Shown here one piece after another: positions 35,375-38,757 of a stretch of 38,757 nt of DNA. The position numbers were made by a program, and so were the translations under genes. The stretch comes from Glaucostegus cemiculus (taxonomy: Eukaryota). The notes beneath the pieces were generated by a model. That model worked only from the letters and a program-made list of their open reading frames with translations. It was not told where the DNA came from and ran no database searches. Location: NCBI GenBank assembly GCA_976551045.1, contig CDPCPM010000010.1, forward strand, positions 12,487,244 through 12,526,000. Reading direction: 5' to 3'. Numbering within the stretch: position 1 is the stretch's first letter; the number at the start of each line of letters is the position of its first letter.

Positions 35375-36170
35375 TGCCCATTTGCCCATGTTTGGCTCAT
35401 ATCCTGATAAACCTTTCCTACCCATGTAACCGTCCAAATGCCTTTTAAATGTCATAATTTACTTGCCTCTATCACTTTATCTGGCAACTCGTTCTATATA
35501 CTCACGACCCTGTGTGCAGAAAAAGTTGCCCATCGGGTCCCTTTTAAATCTTTCCTCTCTCACTTTAAACCTATGCCCTCTAGTTTTAGACTCCCCTACC
35601 CTGGAGAAAAGACTTTGGCTATTCACCCTATTTATGCCCATCATGACTTTATAAACCTCAGTAAGGTCACCCCTCAGCTTCCTACGCTCTGGGGGAAAGA
35701 AGTCCTCGCCTCTCCGGCCTCTCCTTATAACCCAAGCCCTCCAGTTCCAGCAATATCCTCTTAAATCTTTTTTTACAACTCCTCCAGTTTAATGGCATCC
35801 TTCCTATACCAGGGCAACCAGAACTGCATGCAATACTCCAAATGTGGCCTTACCAAAGTCCTGTAAGGCTGTAACATGACATCCCAACTCCAGCACTCAA
35901 TAATCTAGCTGATGAAGGCAAGCATGCCAAATGCCTTCTTTACCAGCCTGACTACCTGTGTCATCACTTTCAAGGAACTATGTACTTGCACCTCTAGGTC
36001 TCTCTGTTCTACAGCACTCCCCAGAGCCCAACCATTGACTGCATATGTCCTGCCCTGGTTTGTCTTACCAAAATGCAACACCTTGTGTTTATCTGAATTA
36101 AACTGCATCTGTCATTCTTTGGCCTAGTTGAACAAGATCCCATTGTAATGTTAGATAACCTTCTTCACTG
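35375..36170 (-). mobile_element. CR1 LINE 3' fragment
   Basis: MQFNSDKHKVLHFGKTNQGRTYAVNG.ALGSAVEQRDLEVQVHSSLKV..QV.RLVKKAFGMLAFI (35905-36108), then gtaaggccacatttggagtattgcatgcagttctgg (VRPHLEYC.QFW) and the 3' UTR. Confidence 0.93.
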
Positions 36171-37289
36171 TCCCAGTGGCACACTGTCAGAACCATTTAA
36201 GATTCTCAACCACCTAAGCTTCTTCAGTATTCCCATTTTATTGAAGCCCCTGATGCCCAGTTTAATTCGAATTGATCTCAAGACCCTCTTCAACTCCTTA
36301 ACATCTTTCCTAAAATTTTGTTCTGATAACTGAACACAATACTCCAGCTAAAGCATAAACAGTATTTTACAGATGTTTATCCTAATTTCTTTATACTTCT
36401 TCTCCATGGCTGCGATAAAACTAGTCAAAGTTTATGCTGAACCAGGGCACACTGGTCTAAGACGTGCCAAATGTTACTTCAGGTATGGTCGGTTGAAACC
36501 TCAGCTCTATTTGACTGCTGAAGGAATATCGGAATAAGATCAGAAGTATACAAGAGTCATAGGCCTTTATTTATAATTCACTAAGAGAGCCTTTGGATGA
36601 TTCATTGAAAGACGCAATGAAAACTGTTGTAAACATCAGCTCTGTCATCCAAACTAATGTGCTAAAATCATCAGCAGTTTGTTGAGCTGCTGAAAGAAAC
36701 CAATGCCCCCATTCAGAAATAGTATGTTCCATAACTGCATGCTGGTTGAGCTGTGGCAAATTGCAGGAAAGATTTGTCAAGTTATCGCAACCCTCAGAGA
36801 TTTTCTTCAATAAAGACAAATCGATCAATTTTTTTTAAACCTAAAAGAAGCTTGAAAGTTCAATTTCATCTATTTTACTCATGGTAATAAGTAGTTCTTT
36901 AACAGATATGCACAGATGGAGAAAGGAGACTGTGCCTTTTCTCTCACTGCAGTCCCTGCTGAAAATAAGCACCTATGGGAATGCAGGACTGTAGAGGAAT
37001 ACAATACTGACATGCTGAGTGCCAGGGGATGCACCAACAGTGTCTAGTACCTGTTGTCACCACCTAATAAAGACATTTATAACCTCTCGTCTCCCTTTTC
37101 CACCCACTGTCAGAACTTGCAATAGAAAATTGCACAACTATTTCTGCTACATTGTCAGAACAAAGAAATGCCAATCCCGTTTGGTTCCACAGCAGAGAGG
37201 AAATGACACAAACAGCAAGTAAATAACATAACTGTTCTTCATCATTCTTGGACAGTCCCTTAAACAGGGGATAGAGGATATTGCATTTC

Positions 37290-38060
37290 CTCTCTGGTTT
37301 TGAGGTGGCTGATGGTCTCAATGTGAAAACAGCAGGTTCCCCCACATATGGAGCAGGTGGTGACAGCTGGGGCAGATGTGCAGGTAATCTGTACTGTGGT
37401 CTGCTGCTTCCGCTGTTTACACATGGCGTCTGTTTGTTTCTGATGCATGGCTACTAGGTTATCAATACAAAGCCGAATGCTCCTTCTCCACTGCGTGCCA
37501 TGATGGGCCAGAGCTTCCAAGGAGTCAGTGGGAAAGGTTTTCCAAGGAAGTTTTAAGCACATCTTCAGACCTTTTCCTCCGGCCACCTTGTAATCTCTTT
37601 CCATGGCAGAACTTGGCACAGAATGACTGTTTCAGAAATCTGCTGTCAGTGATGTCAATGATTTAGCTAGCTCAACGTATCCAATTACGGTAACCAGGGC
37701 CTCAATAATGGAGAGGATGCTAATGCTGTTTTGTTTACAGTGAATTTGGAGGCTTTTGTGAAGATGACACTGGTAGCACCTTTCCACTGCCTTCAGATGC
37801 CAATCATAAATAGTCCGAGTTTCAGAAGCATTTAGAGGACAGGGATGGCTGTTGTCCGATAGACCTTGTGTTTTGTGCCAGGTCTGAGGGCTTGATTTTC
37901 AAATACCCTTTTCATTGTATGCCCAAGGGCTGTGGTGTATTGGAGATGATCAATGCCTGCCTTGAGACATGGGAAATGCTCCATCGGTGGTAGTTTAGCA
38001 GAAGACCTTTGTCTTGCCATTGTTGAGTATAAGGCACATGCTTTAAAGTTGGCTCTTGAG
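37290..38060 (-). mobile_element. RTE-clade LINE 3' part (decayed)
   Basis: EHFPCLKAGID...MKRVFENQALRPGTKHKVYRTTAIPVL and PTDSLEALAHHGTQWRRSI...TCSICGGTC...ISHLKT (C-terminal C2H2-like zinc motif). Confidence 0.87.
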
Positions 38061-38067
38061 ATAGAAC

Positions 38068-38555
38068 CTAGAACAGCACGGCACAACTGCGGCCAACAAT
38101 GTTGTGCCAAACTAACTAAGCTAATGACACCTAATCACTACTGTCTGCACATGGTCCATATCCTTCCATTTCCTGCATGTTCATGTACCTAAGACCCTAT
38201 TAAATAGCTCAATCACATCTGCCTCCACCAACATTGCCAGCATTGCATTCAAGGCATCTGCCACTCTGCATAAAATAACCTGCTCCACATATATTCTTTG
38301 AATTCTCCCCCTCTCACCTTAATTGCATGCCCTCTGGTATTAGACATTCAAGCCTGGGAAAAAGGTACCAGCTGTCTACATGATCTACGCCTCTCTTAAT
38401 TTTATAAACTTCTATCAGGTCTTCCCTTAGCCTCTACCACTCCAGAGAAAACAACCCTAGTTTGTCCAACCTCTAATCCAGGCAGCATCCCAGTAAACAT
38501 CTTCTGCACCCTCTCCATCATTCCTATAGTGGGGCAACCAGAACTGAATGCAATA
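38068..38555 (-). mobile_element. CR1 LINE 3' fragment
   Basis: On +: ctcccctctcaccttaattgcatgccctctggtattagac...ttttataaacttctatcaggtc...ggcaaccagaactgaatgcaata, homologous to 35375-35840. Confidence 0.88.
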
Positions 38556-38757
38556 TGGGAAACAGTCTACGTTTACCAGCATCTTGTTGTGAAACTTTAG
38601 TGTCAAGGATAGTGTGGTGCATCAAGGGCAAATTGGTAGAGGATCTTTGTCCTTAACCTTTAGCTGTTGAGTGTAAAGCACATCTTCTCATACGGTTCAG
38701 TGAAAGCGCAACAAAAGTTTGGAGCTCGTCTTCTGAGGTGCATAAACGCAAGCATCA
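38556..38757 (-). mobile_element. RTE-clade LINE RT fragment, runs off window end
   Basis: DACVYA/SEDELQTFV/FTEPYEKMCFTLN...LVNVDCFPY (cf. DDACVCAHSE.ELQ.IVD.FTEAY..MGLTLN...LENVDHFPY). Confidence 0.8.

Noticed and set aside
36571-36845. 85-aa minus ORF next to a good acceptor (cttcttttAG)
   Set aside because: A stop lies between the acceptor and the ORF in that frame, and the other frames close within about 16 codons.
37290-38757. A single RTE split by the CR1 at 38068-38555
   Set aside because: Both sides contain the same LTLN...HFPY segment, so they are two copies or a duplication rather than one cleanly interrupted element.

Overview
AT-rich (roughly 40% GC by eye), CpG-depleted, repeat-dense vertebrate DNA. 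The repeat repertoire (CR1/HER1-type LINEs, tRNA-derived V-SINEs, Penelope, RTE, L2, Rex1/Babar, PIF/Harbinger) points to a cartilaginous fish, possibly a batoid; this is an inference from recalled family consensus, not a database search. I found no host protein-coding exon I can support, so the window looks intergenic or deep intronic, and nearly all ORF-track entries are TE fragments or chance ORFs. The most notable structures are: (1) a fossil two-gene PIF/Harbinger transposon at ~16.7-20.3 kb, largely invisible in the ORF track, with a spliced Myb/SANT-like gene on + converging on a decayed DDE transposase on -, plus two more Harbinger relics; (2) a 307-bp TG...CA element at 13674-13980 with a 4-bp TSD, ~85-bp terminal direct repeats and a CpG-rich promoter-like core, inserted in a CR1; (3) a perfect 20-bp hairpin at 29242-29286; (4) hammerhead-ribozyme core vestiges in Penelope termini; (5) V-SINEs with two different LINE-derived tails; (6) a degenerate ~33-bp minisatellite. 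I cannot claim a new biological system; items 1-3 are the best candidates for follow-up. Boundaries of old repeats are approximate (tens of bp).
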